A stretch of DNA of 64,000 bases, from the NCBI RefSeq assembly GCF_009914755.1, contig NC_060926.1; one strand, 5' to 3'. A program made the position numbers and the translations under genes. The DNA comes from the human T2T-CHM13v2.0 reference genome, Homo sapiens. Shown piece by piece: positions 42,065 through 57,024 of this stretch (position 1 is its first letter; each line of letters opens with the position of its first letter). The notes under the pieces are model-generated. The model saw only the letters and a list, made by a program, of their open reading frames with translations. It ran no database searches and was not told the DNA's origin.

Positions 42065-43370
42065 ACATGTATCTAATTTATTTATTGTATTTTGCTTTGT
42101 GTACACATATACATACATATACACTCAGGAGTATAATTTTATACTACAGTGTGGTCCGTGATCATTCATGGAGCTTGTTTGATGAATAATTCTTATTTTT
42201 TAAAAATTATTCTTTATTTCCTCTTTTGTTTTGCTTGTTTTATATGATCACTTACCTTCCACTTCTAGAATAATTCTTCTTTTGACTGTTTGTTCTTCAG
42301 CCACATTTTCAATACATTTCACATTAAAGTCTAATTTTCAAGGACTTACAAAGAAGTTTATTTATCAACTGATTGAAATGTGGCAGGAATATTGAATCAA
42401 GTCAATAACCAGTTGTTTGATGAATACAATGTTCTTTTCACTCAAAAATAACAAAACAACATATTTGCAAATATGTTCTCCTCCGACCACCAAAAACCCT
42501 CTATCCTGCAAGAAATAAAAACAAAACATACCAGATAATAAGTAAAGCCTAATTAGAAATAATTTTTTAAATATTGGAATGTAAATGTGTATGTGTCTCT
42601 TCATGAAAAAACCTTTCTCTTATCTCTGACATTATTATTAAAATATATTAACAGAAAATACTAATAGGAGACCATTAGCAATTATTCCAGCTAATGAAAA
42701 ATGATCATTTATGGAATTTGATATTTCTGTAGGGTTTAGATACACTGCCCTAAAAGTGGTCTTTCCATGATATTTGCAGAAATAAACCAAATTACATAAG
42801 TTAACTCTAATTTCATTATTTTAAAAATTTTTTGGAAGGTTTTTAAAGGGATCTTATGAGTGATTTGAAGAGTTCTCTTGGAATTTCTGCATATCACAAA
42901 ATAAAAATGGACAGATTTTAATGGTTCTCTCATTCATTAACCATAAAACATGTTACATGCTTGCTGATCTTTTATAAACCTAATGGATGGAATAAAGGGA
43001 GGTAACAAAAATTAATATTACAAAATTATAAAGTAAAAAGAAAGTTAATTAAAAAGTTAATAGAAAAGTCATGACATAAAAGAAAATAAAAAGGAGGGAT
43101 GAAATTGGGATTGAGATTGAAGGGAGACCCCAAATTTGACTTTCCAATGCTAGAAGCCAATGGAAAGAGTGATGCTAATGTGTATACACAGAAAAATTTC
43201 TCTCTTGGATGCTTATAAAGGGATACTATGTGATTCATTCATTCCAAAAATATATTTAAGTGACTACTATATGTCAAGCACTGTTTTGCATGTTAGGGAT
43301 ATGACAGTGAACAAAAGCAAGGAGTTTCTGCTCTCATGAAGTTTATATTCTATCACAAAGCAGCAGATTA

Positions 43371-43809
<439 letters not shown>

Positions 43810-44644
43810 TTAGCAAAGGTTTCTCTGATGATATAACAGGTTTTCAACCCATGCTGAAAAACACGAGGGATTAAGTTATGTGGTTTTTAAGGCAAAAATC
43901 TTTCCAGTCCAAGGAAAAAGCAAGTACAAAGGCCTTGAGGTAAGAGCATGCCTGGTGTGTACTTTGAACAGTAATAAGACCAGTGAGGATGTAGAGAAGG
44001 AGAGTGAAAGACTTTGTTCTGAATTACATAAAAAGCCATTTGGAAGGGTTAGATAAGGAAATGATATGATCTAACTTATAATCTAAAAGGATCACCTTGG
44101 CTGCTGTGTTGAGATTATACTTAAGGGAGTAAGTGCAAACAGGCAGATCAGTTATGGTTCTAGAAAAATAATCGGACAAGAGGACATGTTGGCTTAGATC
44201 AAAGAGGTAGCAGGCAAGGTGGTTGGATTCTGAATATTCTTTGTATATAGAGCCAAGAAATTGGGTGTGGCATAGATGAGAAAGAGAAGTGTCGGGGATG
44301 ACCTAAAGATTTTGGCTTGAGCCTCTGGAAGACAGAGATGCCATTGATGGGGAGATGGGGGAAAATTGGGAAGGAAGAAACTTCTTAAAGGTTTGAGATA
44401 GTAAGTTTGAAATGCCGATTAGACGTCTAAGTGGACATTTGATGGAGACAGATGATTACCTAAGTTTGAAGGTCAGGAGGGAGATCAAAGCTAGAGATAT
44501 ATACTTGGAAATCATCAATAAGTACATTCTCTTTAAAGTATGGGGCCAAAGGAAATTAGTGCATGTGGATAGTTAAGGGAAGAGGCCCTATGACTGAGAT
44601 CCTGTGGCAACTTAAAATTTGGAGGAAGTGGGCAACCATAGAGC

Positions 44645-45172
44645 AAGTTGAAAACTAAGAACTAAGACACTTGGGCCCCCTCAAAGTTATTTGAAAATTG
44701 TTGATATGAGGCAGATAGATTAACAGGAGAAAAGGCATACAAATTTATTTGTATGCACAGGAGACTTCAGAATGAAGACCCACTTCTGTGGGGAGGTGAA
44801 GAAGCTCATATAGAATCTCAAGGTTCTGGAAAGAATGGGGAATTAGAGCATGGCCCAAACAGGTTTCAATGGCAAGACATTTCATGGGAGGGAGAAAGGA
44901 AGAGGCTTGGCTAGCATAGGTGGCCTTGTTATATAGATGAAGCCTCATAGGTAGTAGTCCTCAGAGAGAATAGATGGTAAATGCTTCTTTCCAGATTCTC
45001 AGTTAATCTTTTCTAGATCCAGAAATGGCCTAGAAGAGGAAGGCCTGGCTGCCCTAAGAGGGATTCACTATAGATGCAAATTTCCCCCACCTGAGTCTGC
45101 TGGCCCTGTGGCAGCCATTTCAATATATGTCACAGAAATATATGTTGGGGTAAAATGTTTTGATTTCCTTCA
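44645..45172 (-). mobile_element. MER39-type ERV1 LTR
   Basis: Minus strand begins TGAAGGAAATCAAAACATTTTACCCCAACATATATTTCTGTGACATAT; left boundary approximate. Confidence 0.75.
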
Positions 45173-46799
45173 GAATTGACCATTGTATTGGTCAAGTGGA
45201 GGTTATAGTCACTGGTGACATTGACAAGAACACTTGCATTGGAAGTACGTGGATACAATTTTGATTGGGGTGAGTTTAAGAGAACAGATGGAGAGGAAAT
45301 AGAAACAGCAAGTAGAAAAAATTGTTTTAAAGATTTTTGCTTTACATAGAGCAGAAAAATGAAGGAGTATTTGGTGGGGGAATGGGTGGACAAAGAAAGG
45401 TTTTCCTTTTCAAAATAAGAGATTTTATACCATTTGTACTGAAAGCAATCATGCAGTGGAAATGAAAAAATAATGGAAGAAATGAAAGAACACATTAAAA
45501 CAATTTCAGGAAGTAAATGCTGCCTCCTCACTCCTCCTTTGAGTAAATATAGCAGAAAATTTTATGAAGATGTTCTTGTCACATCACTCGGTTTATGTTG
45601 GTAGTAAAGCACCAAAACTCGTTTTTATGAAAGTGGATAGATGTAATTGTGCAGCTAGCCACAAAACTTTGCACAGGTCTGGTTAACTCAGGAATAGATT
45701 TTCATGTAGCTGGATGAATACATGCACAGGTGCAAATTCTCCAGGCAATCCCCCCTACATTTTAAATTCTTTCCTAATTGAGCCTTTGATAATCTATAAG
45801 GGATACGGAGTTGAAAGTTGTCCTCCAGGTTCTTCTAGTATACTTACAGGAATCACCCCTTTAGTGCTGCAGACAGCTGAAATCACTGTCAGCACTAAGA
45901 GAGTTCCTGAAGCCACCCACCTGGCATTTATTCCCCCAATTTATGAGGGGTCTTTCTTCCATTATAACCAAAAGGAAGGCAGGAATATGTATAAGAAGGT
46001 TGCTGAATTTGGTTTGGGAAGATGATGTAGTTGTTGTCTGGTAAGTACTATTTTTTTCAGTGAAATTAGAAGCAAGGCATCAGTAAGAGTAAGACAAAAA
46101 GGAAGGGTGAGATAGAAACTTTCAAATTATCATCTCAGAAAGAAACTCAGCTCATTTGGATTATATACTAGGCTTGCTAAATCAGTGCTACGTGTCTGTT
46201 TGAGGTTTGTGGTCATGCACTAAAAGACGAGAAAATCTTTTTCTCCAGCCATGTTCAGTTGCTTGGGTACAGCTATGGTGAACCACACAGCTACTGAGAT
46301 TTCACCAGGGTGGATTTTTAAAGTCCAAATATGATAGAGAAGAGAGAGAAAGTTAGGAGTGAATGTGAAGAAGAGAGTATAGCAACAAACCGTAAAATCT
46401 CAGCTGGGTAAGGAAGAATGCATAAACAAAAACAAAAGAGTGGCTTTAGTGCTAGGGCTTTGCGTAAAAATGGAGTTAAAAATTGCAGAAATAGTGGTCA
46501 CTAGAGAAAATAATATTAAAAATTTGAAGAATTTCAAAATTTCAGAATAGGACTTTAAAGAACTTCTTTGCAGCAACAAAGCAGGGGCATGCTCATCACC
46601 TGCAGATCATAACCACCACACCTGACTTTCCCATATGTGCCATTATAACCTTGATATTCTCTGAGAACTGGCTTGTGTTCGGAAAAGAAGTATAGGAAAT
46701 CTAGTGATTCTCATCAGGAGAGGGGAGGTGGAATGTGGGGTTATAAATTCTTGAAGTGCAAAACAGCTCTTTTAAAAAAGTGCTAATAAATTACATTTA

Positions 46800-47198
<399 letters not shown>

Positions 47199-48681
47199 TC
47201 AAGACAGAGGGGCTGATGTCTCATTCACGGGATGCCCACATCAAGATTTGAGAGGAAGTGTAGTTATTTGTGAAGATGAGGTCTAGGTATGACCGCAAAT
47301 GGATGATTAAGCTTAAAAACAATAGGTAGAGGCTTGAGATTCTGTACAACCTCCATGGGGATGCTCAAGGCATAAGAATAACAACAGGAGGATGGTAAAA
47401 AAGAAGCCATTGAGACAAGGGCAAAAACCAAAATAGACAAAATCAGTAGTTGACAAAAAGAGGGGTAGGGAATAGCATAGTCTGGTGCATGTGCTTGAAT
47501 TGAGCTGGATGTTTGAGGAAGAAGGAAAGAAAAATGATCCAGAAGCATCACTGAGCCTTCAGAAAGATTTCCCATTCCAGCTCACAGGAGCTGAGGTGTG
47601 AGAGGAAAGCAGGCTTCCTTTGTGAGAGCTGCAGGGTATATATTATTATTAAGGACATGGCAGGTTTCAGGCAAAGCAAGGAAGACAAACGTTGGGAGAA
47701 ACGGATCTAATTAAGATACTTTGCTGGTGAAAGACTTGAGTTCCAGAGGGCAGAAGAAGCATAGAGGGCTGGATAAAAGGCTTTGGTTTTCCCTGTTGGA
47801 GTCAGCTGGAGAAGGAAAGTTTCAACTTATCTGTTCTTCTCACTTCTGCGGGTACTGTGGAGAGCAGGCATGTGATGTAGGATGAAACCAACTTTCCCCA
47901 CCACTTTGTCCATGCATCAAGCCTACACAAGCTCTTCTCAGCATTCCTGGCCTTTTGGTCTTCTTTTCTGGGTTTTCCCATGCTTGTCTCTAGGATTCAC
48001 CAAGTCCAGAGGGGAGAACTTCTTGCATCTACTGTCTGTCGAGCTCCACCTGAACCGGAGGCTCCACCCATATCTGGCTGCTGTTAGTAGCAATTTCTGC
48101 TTAGCTCAGGAGGGACAGATACTGTGGGGTGATGAATGGGGGCGGCGGGGAGGTTGGACATATTCAAGCTTCCTCCCCCGCATATTTATTTTCTCCTCCT
48201 AACTTCACCTCTTTTCTAGGAACTCTATTTCATTCCACAAATGGCCAAATAGTTTACTATTCTCAGAAACTTAACAGTTTACCTTTCAAAGCAACTTGAA
48301 GTTTAAATAAATAAATAATTGTCATGTAACCTTGAACAAAGAGGCTGGAGACAGGAATCAGGATAAATGATGTCCCCTGGAATGCTGAAATAGAAACCCA
48401 AAGAGTAGAGGATCAGAATATATAAATTGGCAAACCATAGAAGAAACACCCATAGCCAATTAATGTAAGAACATATGTGCCTCGTGAATAATAAAAGTAT
48501 GTAATTTAAAATTTTGTTTCACAGATTGATAACAATGCTGACAACTGTATGGAGAAGACAGCTCATAGTCTCATATGCTGTTGGTGGTAGTGGGTAGGGT
48601 TTTCAGATTTTAGGATGGCAGTCTGGAATTATCCATAAAGTTTGTGGCAGAGGCTGCTCTGAGACCACTGCTAACTCATAT

Positions 48682-49500
48682 TGTTACTGAGAAGTTTGGT
48701 AATCCTGGGTTCTTAGTCGTTTTGAGAGAAAGATTTCAGCCAAGAGACAGTTCAGAGATAGCAGAGGGCTTTGTTGAAGAGAAATAGGAAGCAAAGAGTT
48801 TATTGTGGAAAAAAAATGAGTGTACTGCAGAAGAGGAGCGGCTGACACTGCAGGGAAAGAGCCTCCCAGCCGTAGCGGTGTTCATTTAAAGGGACAGTAC
48901 ACTCTGAAAGACGAGGTAGAGCGGGCTGCTGAAAGAGAATGCCAGCAGACCCACGAGTTCTGTGTTGAGGATTTCATTATAATGGACTCTTTCTTGAAGT
49001 TCCCACCTCTGTCTTAAGTCTCCTACTTTTCTCTTTGTCTAGTTCTTCTGCTTCTGCCTTGCATCCCTGCTTTTCCCTACCTGGTTCCCGCTCCAGGGTA
49101 GTGGGATTCTCCCTTACTGTCAGTTGATGTGCCGGCCTGGTGTTAGGTGTGAATTCTACTTAACGTCTGTGTTGTGCATTCCCACCACCCCAGGAAGGTT
49201 GTATAGTGGTCACATCCATACTCACTGCGCCTGGCCTGTGTATCACTTAGGAATTTCTCCTTTGCCTTCTTTCCCTCCTTAGCAGCACGCAGCTAGCTAC
49301 CTTCTGACACGTTAACTGCAGAGTGAGCAATACTGGGTATCTTCAGGGGCGCTCCTTCTTGCATAGGTATTTCCCTTCCTCTCTGCTCCTATCTTCCGCG
49401 CATGTTTTGGGTGGTCTCTGGGGTGTGAGATTTTCCAGATCTCCCTTTTTCTCAGAGGCTCCCCCTCCTGTTCATGTATAGTTAACTGCGTACTCTAACA
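48682..49500 (-). mobile_element. ERV1 solo LTR (MER50/LTR28-like)
   Basis: TG...CA ends; minus strand begins TGTTAGAGTACGCAGTTA; near-TSD atat/atgt. Confidence 0.7.
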
Positions 49501-50312
49501 ATGTGAGAACTTTATGTGGACAAGAAAAATGGTCCTTCTTCAAGATATTTTATGGCCTTTACCAGAAATTTATGATACTCATGGTATGAACAGTGCCCCT
49601 AGAATTGTATACTGCACAACCACAGGCAGTAAGCTTGAGCTGCTGGTTGGTCACTCCCAATACTCTCAACTCTAATCTTGTAACTGCCTCTCATATCTCT
49701 TCCAGCTTCTCTATAGGTAGAATTAGACACAAGACCCAGTTCTGCCCAAAGAGAGATAAGAGAGTGTCTGCTGGGGACTTCTTTACTGGTAAAAAGCATA
49801 TGTCACAACAAAAAGAGCTCATTTTGTCACTCTCATCTCCTACTTGCTTCCAGATTGGGAGGCTGCTGTGTATGGATAAGATACCTGCTACAGCCAGCTT
49901 GACACCATGAGAAGGACAAGAGAATTGCAGAGACACATATCCAGGATTCTGATCCAGTTGAGGCACTGAAATAATCTAGAACCACCTTCAAATTTCTTAT
50001 AAAGAGAGGTAAGTAATTAATATTGTTTTGTGTGTAACATGTTTAGTTGTGACTGAAAGTATCCCAACTGATCTTGGTATCCCAACACCAATAATTTATT
50101 ATATGGGAATCTTTGCAAACAATATAGGTGCAAAGATGTTCACTGTAGCATTATTTGTAATAACAAGAAAATATAAAGAAGCAAAATAGTCAACAATAGG
50201 GAACTGGTTAACTATTCTACTTAGTCATTCACCAGAATTAGACAATTCTATATACTAACATGGAAGATATTTAGGACACATTGCTATTTTTATTTTTTTT
50301 AAATAAGGAAGC

Positions 50313-50602
50313 AGCCCAGGCACAGTTGGCCTGTAATGCCAGCAGTTTGGGAGGCCAAGTCAGGCAGATTGCTAAGCCCAGGAGTTTGAGGACAGCCTGG
50401 GCGATATGGTGGAACCCAGTCTCTACAAAAAATACAAAAATTATCCAGGCTTGGTGGTGTGCACCTGTAGTCCTAGCTACTTAGGAGGTGGAGGTGGGAG
50501 GATCCTTTGAACCCCGGGAGGTTGCAGTGAGCCTAGATTGTGCCACTGCACTCCAGCCTGGGCAACAGAGTGAGATTATGTCTGAAAAAAAAAAGTGAAT
50601 AA
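50313..50602 (+). mobile_element. AluJ
   Basis: gcccaggagtttgag, ggtgggaggatc diagnostics; TSD aaataa(g/a)gaag. Confidence 0.9.
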
Positions 50603-51057
50603 AAATAAAGAAGTTAAACAATTTTAAACATTGTACTTCACCTTCATTTTGTAAAAATTGGGCTCATGCATATTTAAATTATGATAAATGAAGAGAGTAG
50701 GGAGGGAGAATTTGCTCCTGGGCAGCAAAAGCAGCACCTAGCCTAGGACCTGGGCATTTTCCAGGCAAAACTACATTTGCCCAGTGAATACCAGAAAAGC
50801 AAAACTATTAGCAACTATAATGCTGATCTTTGGAAAATGCACGACAGTCACATATTTCCTGTGTATACACATATACATGCACATATATAGTGAAGATGGC
50901 AAAAAACAATAGCACACTTATAAAAATTATATTTTTCAGAGATGATAGTCTGCTAATTTCAATAAAGTGTAAATATAAGTGTGTCTTATGGTATAATAAA
51001 TTTTAAAATAACATCAACATTTATGTCAACTTCTAAACTTTAAAAATTAACTTTTGG

Positions 51058-54000
51058 AAGGGAGGCAGAGCAGAGCAAGATAGCCAAATAGAAACCTCCA
51101 CCAATCATTCTCCTTGTAGAAACACCAAATTAAACAACTATCCTTATAGAAAAGCACCATCATAAGAATAAAAAATCAGGTGAGTGATCACAGTACCTGG
51201 TTTTAATTTCATATCCCTGAAAGAGGCACTGAGAGGAGAGGAAAGACAGTCTTGAATTGCCTATACCACCCCCTCCCCAATTCCCTGAGAGCAACCAGCT
51301 GGTATGAAGAGAGAATCTGTGTGCTTGGGGGAGGTAGAGTGAAGTGATTGTGGGACTTGGTGTTGGAACTCAGTGTTGCCCTGTCACAGTGGAAAGCAAC
51401 ACCAGGCTGAACTCAGCCATTGCCCACAGAGGGAGCATTTAAACTAAACCTAGCCAGAGGGAAATTGCCCATCCCAGTGGTTGGAAGCTGAGTTCTGGCA
51501 AGTCTCACCACTGCAGTCCAAAGTGCTCTAGGATTCTAAATAAACTTGAAAGGTAGCCTGAGCCACAAGGACTGCAATTCCTGGGCAAGAACTTGTGCTC
51601 TGCTGAGCTTGGAGCCAGTAGTCTTGGGGGGGCATGTGACCTAGTAACATATCAACCAGAGTAGTCAAGGAAGTGTTTTGTGTCACCCACTTCTAAAAGC
51701 AGCAAGAGAAAAGAAACAACATAAAATGGAGCTCTAATACATCTGGCAGTAGACTTCTCAGTGGAAACTTCACAGTCCAGGAAAGAGTGCATGACGTATT
51801 TAAAGTGCTGAAGGAAAATACTTTTATGCTGCAGTAGCATATACGGCAAAATTTTATTTCAAACACGAAGGAGAAATAGACTTTCTCAGACAAACAAAAG
51901 CTGATGGATTTCATCGACACCTGTCCTGCAAGAAATGCTGAAGAGAATTCTTCAATTAGAAAGAAAAGGACATTTACGAGCAATAAGAAATCATCTGAAA
52001 GTACAAAACTCACTGGTAATAGTAAGTACACAGAAAAACACAGAATATTATAACACTGTAATTGTGCTGTGTAAACCACTCATATCTTAAGTAGAAAGGC
52101 TAAAAGATAAACCAATAAAAAATAATATCTACAACAACTTTTCAAGACGTAGTACAAAAATAGAAACAACAAAAAGTTAAAAAGTGACAGGACGAATTTA
52201 AAGTGTAGAGTTTTTATTAGTTTTTCCTCTGCTTTCTTGTTTATGCAATCTGTATTAAGTTGTTATCAGTTTAAAATAATGGCTTATAAGATATTATATG
52301 CAAGCCTCATGGTAACCTCAAATAAAAAAATAACAAATATACAATAAATAAAAAGCAAGAAATGAAAACATACCACCAGACAAAATCACCTTCATTAAAA
52401 TGAAGATAGGAAGGAAGGAAAGAAGAAAGAGAAGATTACAAAACAACCAGAAAACAAATAATAAAATGGCTGGAGTAAGTTCTTACTTATCAATAATAAC
52501 ATTGAATGTAAGTGGACTAAACTCTCCAATTAAAAGACAGACTGGCAAAATGCATAAGAAAACAAGACCTAATGTCTGTTTGTTGCCTGCAAGAAACACA
52601 GTTCACCTATAAAGACACACATAGACTGAAAGTAAAGAGATGGAAAAAGATATCCCATGCAAATGGGAATGAAAAAAAAACAGGAGTAGCTATATTTTTA
52701 TCAGACAAAATAGATTTCAGGACAAAAACTATGAAAAGAGACAAACAAGGTCATTATATAGTGATAAAGGGGTCAATTCTGCAAGAGGATATAACAATTG
52801 TAAATATATATGTGCTTAACACTGGAGCACCCAGATGTATAAAACATGTTAGAGTTAAAGGGATAGATAGAGCCCAAACAATAAGAGCTGGAGACTTCAA
52901 TACCCCGTTTCCATCATTAGACAGAGCATTCAGATGGAAAACCAACAGAGAAACAACAGACTTAATCTGCACTATAGACCAAATGGACCCAATAGATATT
53001 TACAGAACACTTCATCCAACAGCTGCAGAATACGTATTCTTTCCCTTAGCACATGGATGATTCTCAAGGATAGACCATGTGTTAGATCACAAAAGAAGTC
53101 TTAAAACATTCAAAAAATTGAAATAATATAAAGCATCTGGAATAAAACTAGAAATCAATAACGGGCAAAATCTACAAACACATGGAAATTAAAGAATATA
53201 CTCCTAAGTGACTCATGGGTCAATGAAGAAATTGAAGAGGAAATTAAAAATTTTCTTCAAAGAAATGAAATGAAAACACAACATACCCAAACCTACAGGA
53301 TACAGCAAAAGCACTACTAAGAGGGAAGTTTATAGCTATTAGTGCCTACATCAAAAAAAGAGAAAAACTTCAAATAAACAACCTAATGATGCATCTTAAA
53401 GAATTAGAATAGCAAGAGCAAACCAAACCCAAAATTAGCAGAAGAAAAGAAATAACAAAGATCACAGTAGAAATAAATGGAACTGAAATGATAAAAACAA
53501 TACAAAAGATCAACAAAATAAAAAGTTGTTTTTTTAAAAAAAGATAAACAAAATAGAGAAACTTTCTCTAGACTAAGAAAAAAAGAGAGAAGACCCAAGT
53601 AAATAAAATCAGAGATGAAAAATGAGACAATACAACTGATACTGCAGAAACTCAAAGATCATTAGTGGCTACTATGAGCAACTATATGCCAATAAATTGG
53701 AAAATCTAGAAGAAATGGACAAATTCCTAGACTTACACAATCTACCAAGATTGAAACATGAAGAAATCCAAAACCTGAAAAAAACAATGACAAGCATGAC
53801 ACCAAAGCTGTAATAAAATGTGCCCCAGTAAAGTAAAGCTCAGGACCTGATGGCTTCACTACTGAATTCTACCAAACATTCAAAGAAGAACTAATACCAA
53901 TTCTACTCAAACTATTCTGAAAAATATAGGAGGAGGGAATACTTTCAAACTCATTCTATGAGGCCAGTATTACCCTGATACCAAAACCAGATGATGACAC

Positions 54001-55250
54001 ATCCAAAAAAGAAAACTGCAGGCCAATATATCTGATGAATATTGATGCAAAAATCCTCAATAAAATATTAGCAAACTGAATTCAATAATACATTAAAAAG
54101 ATAATTTATTATTACCAAGTGGGATTTATCCCAGGGATGCAAAGATGGTTCAGTATATGCAAATCAATCAATGTGATACATTATATTAATAGAAAGAAGG
54201 ACAAAAACCATATGATCACAGAAACCATATGATTGGTTTCATCAATTGATGCTGAAAAAGCATTTGATAAAATTCAACATCCTTTCATGGTGAAAACCTC
54301 AAAACACTGGACACAGAAGGAACCATACTGCAACATAATACAAGCTATATATGACAGACCCACAGCTAGTATCATACTGAATGGGGAAAAATTAAAAAAA
54401 TTTCTTCTAAGATCTGGAACATGACAAGGATACCCAATTTCACCACTGTTATTCAACACAGTACTGGAAGTCCTAGCTAGAGCAATCTGACAAGAGAAAG
54501 AAATAAAGGGAATCCAGATACAAAAGGAAGAAGTCAAATTATCCTTGTTTGCAGATGATATGATCTTATATTTGGAAAAACCTAAACACTCTACAAAAAA
54601 TTATTAGAACTGATAAACGAATTCAGTAAATTTGAAGATAACAAACTCAACATACAAAAATCAGTAGCATTTCTATATGCCAACAGTGAACAAAATGAAA
54701 AAGAAATAAAAATTAATTGCATTTACAATGCCACAAATAAAATTAAATACCTAGGAATTAACCAAAGAAGTGACAGATGTTTACAATTAAAACTATAAAA
54801 CACTAATGAAAGAGATTGAAGAGAACACCACAAAATGGAAAGATATTCTATGTTCATGGATTGGAAGGATATTGTTAAAATGTTCATACTACCCAAAGCG
54901 GTCTACAGATTCAATGCAATCCCTATCAAAATACCGATAGCATTCTTTGCATAAATAGAAAAAAAATCCTAAAACTTATATAGAACCACAAAAGACCCAG
55001 AATAGCCAAAGCTATCACAAGCAAAAAGAACAAAACTGGAGGAATTACGTTACCTGACTTCAAATTATACTACAGAGCTATAGTAATCAAAACAGCATGG
55101 TACTGGAATAAAAACAGACACATAGATCAGTGGAACAGAATAGAGACCCCAGAGGTAAATCCACACACCTACAGTGAACTCATTTTTGACAAAGTTGTCA
55201 AAAACATACAGTGGGGAAAAGACAGTCTGTTTAGTAAATGGTGCTGGGAA
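51058..55250 (+). mobile_element. L1MA/L1PB-type LINE-1: partial 5'UTR, end of ORF1, long inter-ORF spacer, most of ORF2; 3' end absent
   Basis: 5' start ggaggcagagcaagatagccaaatag; ORF2 start MAGVSSYLSIITLNVSGLNSPIKR at 52467; RT motifs [15 protein letters not shown] and tttgcagatgatatg (FADDM). Confidence 0.92.
52467..55250 (+). pseudogene. L1 ORF2 (EN+RT) remnant with many stops
   Basis: ORFs 52400-52612, 52572-53060 and 54233-54424 match ORF2p. Confidence 0.9.
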
Positions 55251-56052
55251 AACTTCCTTCCTTCCTTTCTTCCTTCTTTTCTTTCCCACTTTTTTACCTG
55301 CCATCTTTGCAGCTGTACTGGGAATAAATTAATAAGAAGATTAAGGTCTGCTGCTTGCCATTCCATAGACACAATCTAATGAAGTGTTTAGTATAAGCAC
55401 AGTGATCATCACCTTATATTCTGCACAATGAGAAAGTAAATCATCTTTGATCAGAATTATGCCCTGGCTTCAGTGTTGCATTTAAGGAAATGCATCGTTA
55501 CTCACATCTCTTGAAGAACATTAAAGGTTTGCATTGCTCTAATGACCAGTGATGTTGAGCTTTTTAAAAATATGATTATTGGCTGCATATATATCATCTT
55601 TTGAAAAGTGTTCCTGTCCTTTGCCCACTTTTTTATGTTTTTTTTTTCTTGTAAATTTGTTTAAGTTCCTTATAGATGCTGGATATTAGACCTTTGTTGG
55701 ATGCATAGTTGACAAAATTTTTCTCCCATTCTGTAGGTTGTCAGTTTACTCTGTGGATAGTTTCTTTGCTGTGTACAGAAACTCTTAACTTTAATTAGAT
55801 ACCATTTGTTAATTTTTGCTTTTGTTGCAATTGCTTTTGGTGTCTTTCTCATGAAATCTTTGCCTGTGCCAATGTCTTAAAAGGTATTGCCTAGGTTGTC
55901 TTCCAGGATTTTTATAGTTTTGGGTTTTACATTTAAGTCTTTAATCCATCTTGACTTTATTTTTGTATGTGGTCTAAGGAAGGGTTCCAGTTTTAATCCC
56001 CTTCCTCCACCATGTCTAACACCAGTCAAAATGGCTATTACTAAAAAGTCCA

Positions 56053-56405
<353 letters not shown>

Positions 56406-56676
56406 TTAGTTCAACCATTGTGGCAGTATGGTGATTCCTCAAAGACCTAAAGACAGAACTATCATTTGACCCAGCAATCCCATTACTGGGTATATACCCA
56501 AAAGAATATAAGTCATTCTATTATAAAGACACATGCACACATATGTTCTTTGCAGCACTGTTCACAATAGCAAAGACGTGGAATCAACCTGAATGCCCAT
56601 CAATGATAGACTGAATAAAGAAAATGTGGTACATATATACCATGGAATACTATACAGCCATAAAAAGAATGAGATC

Positions 56677-57024
<348 letters not shown>

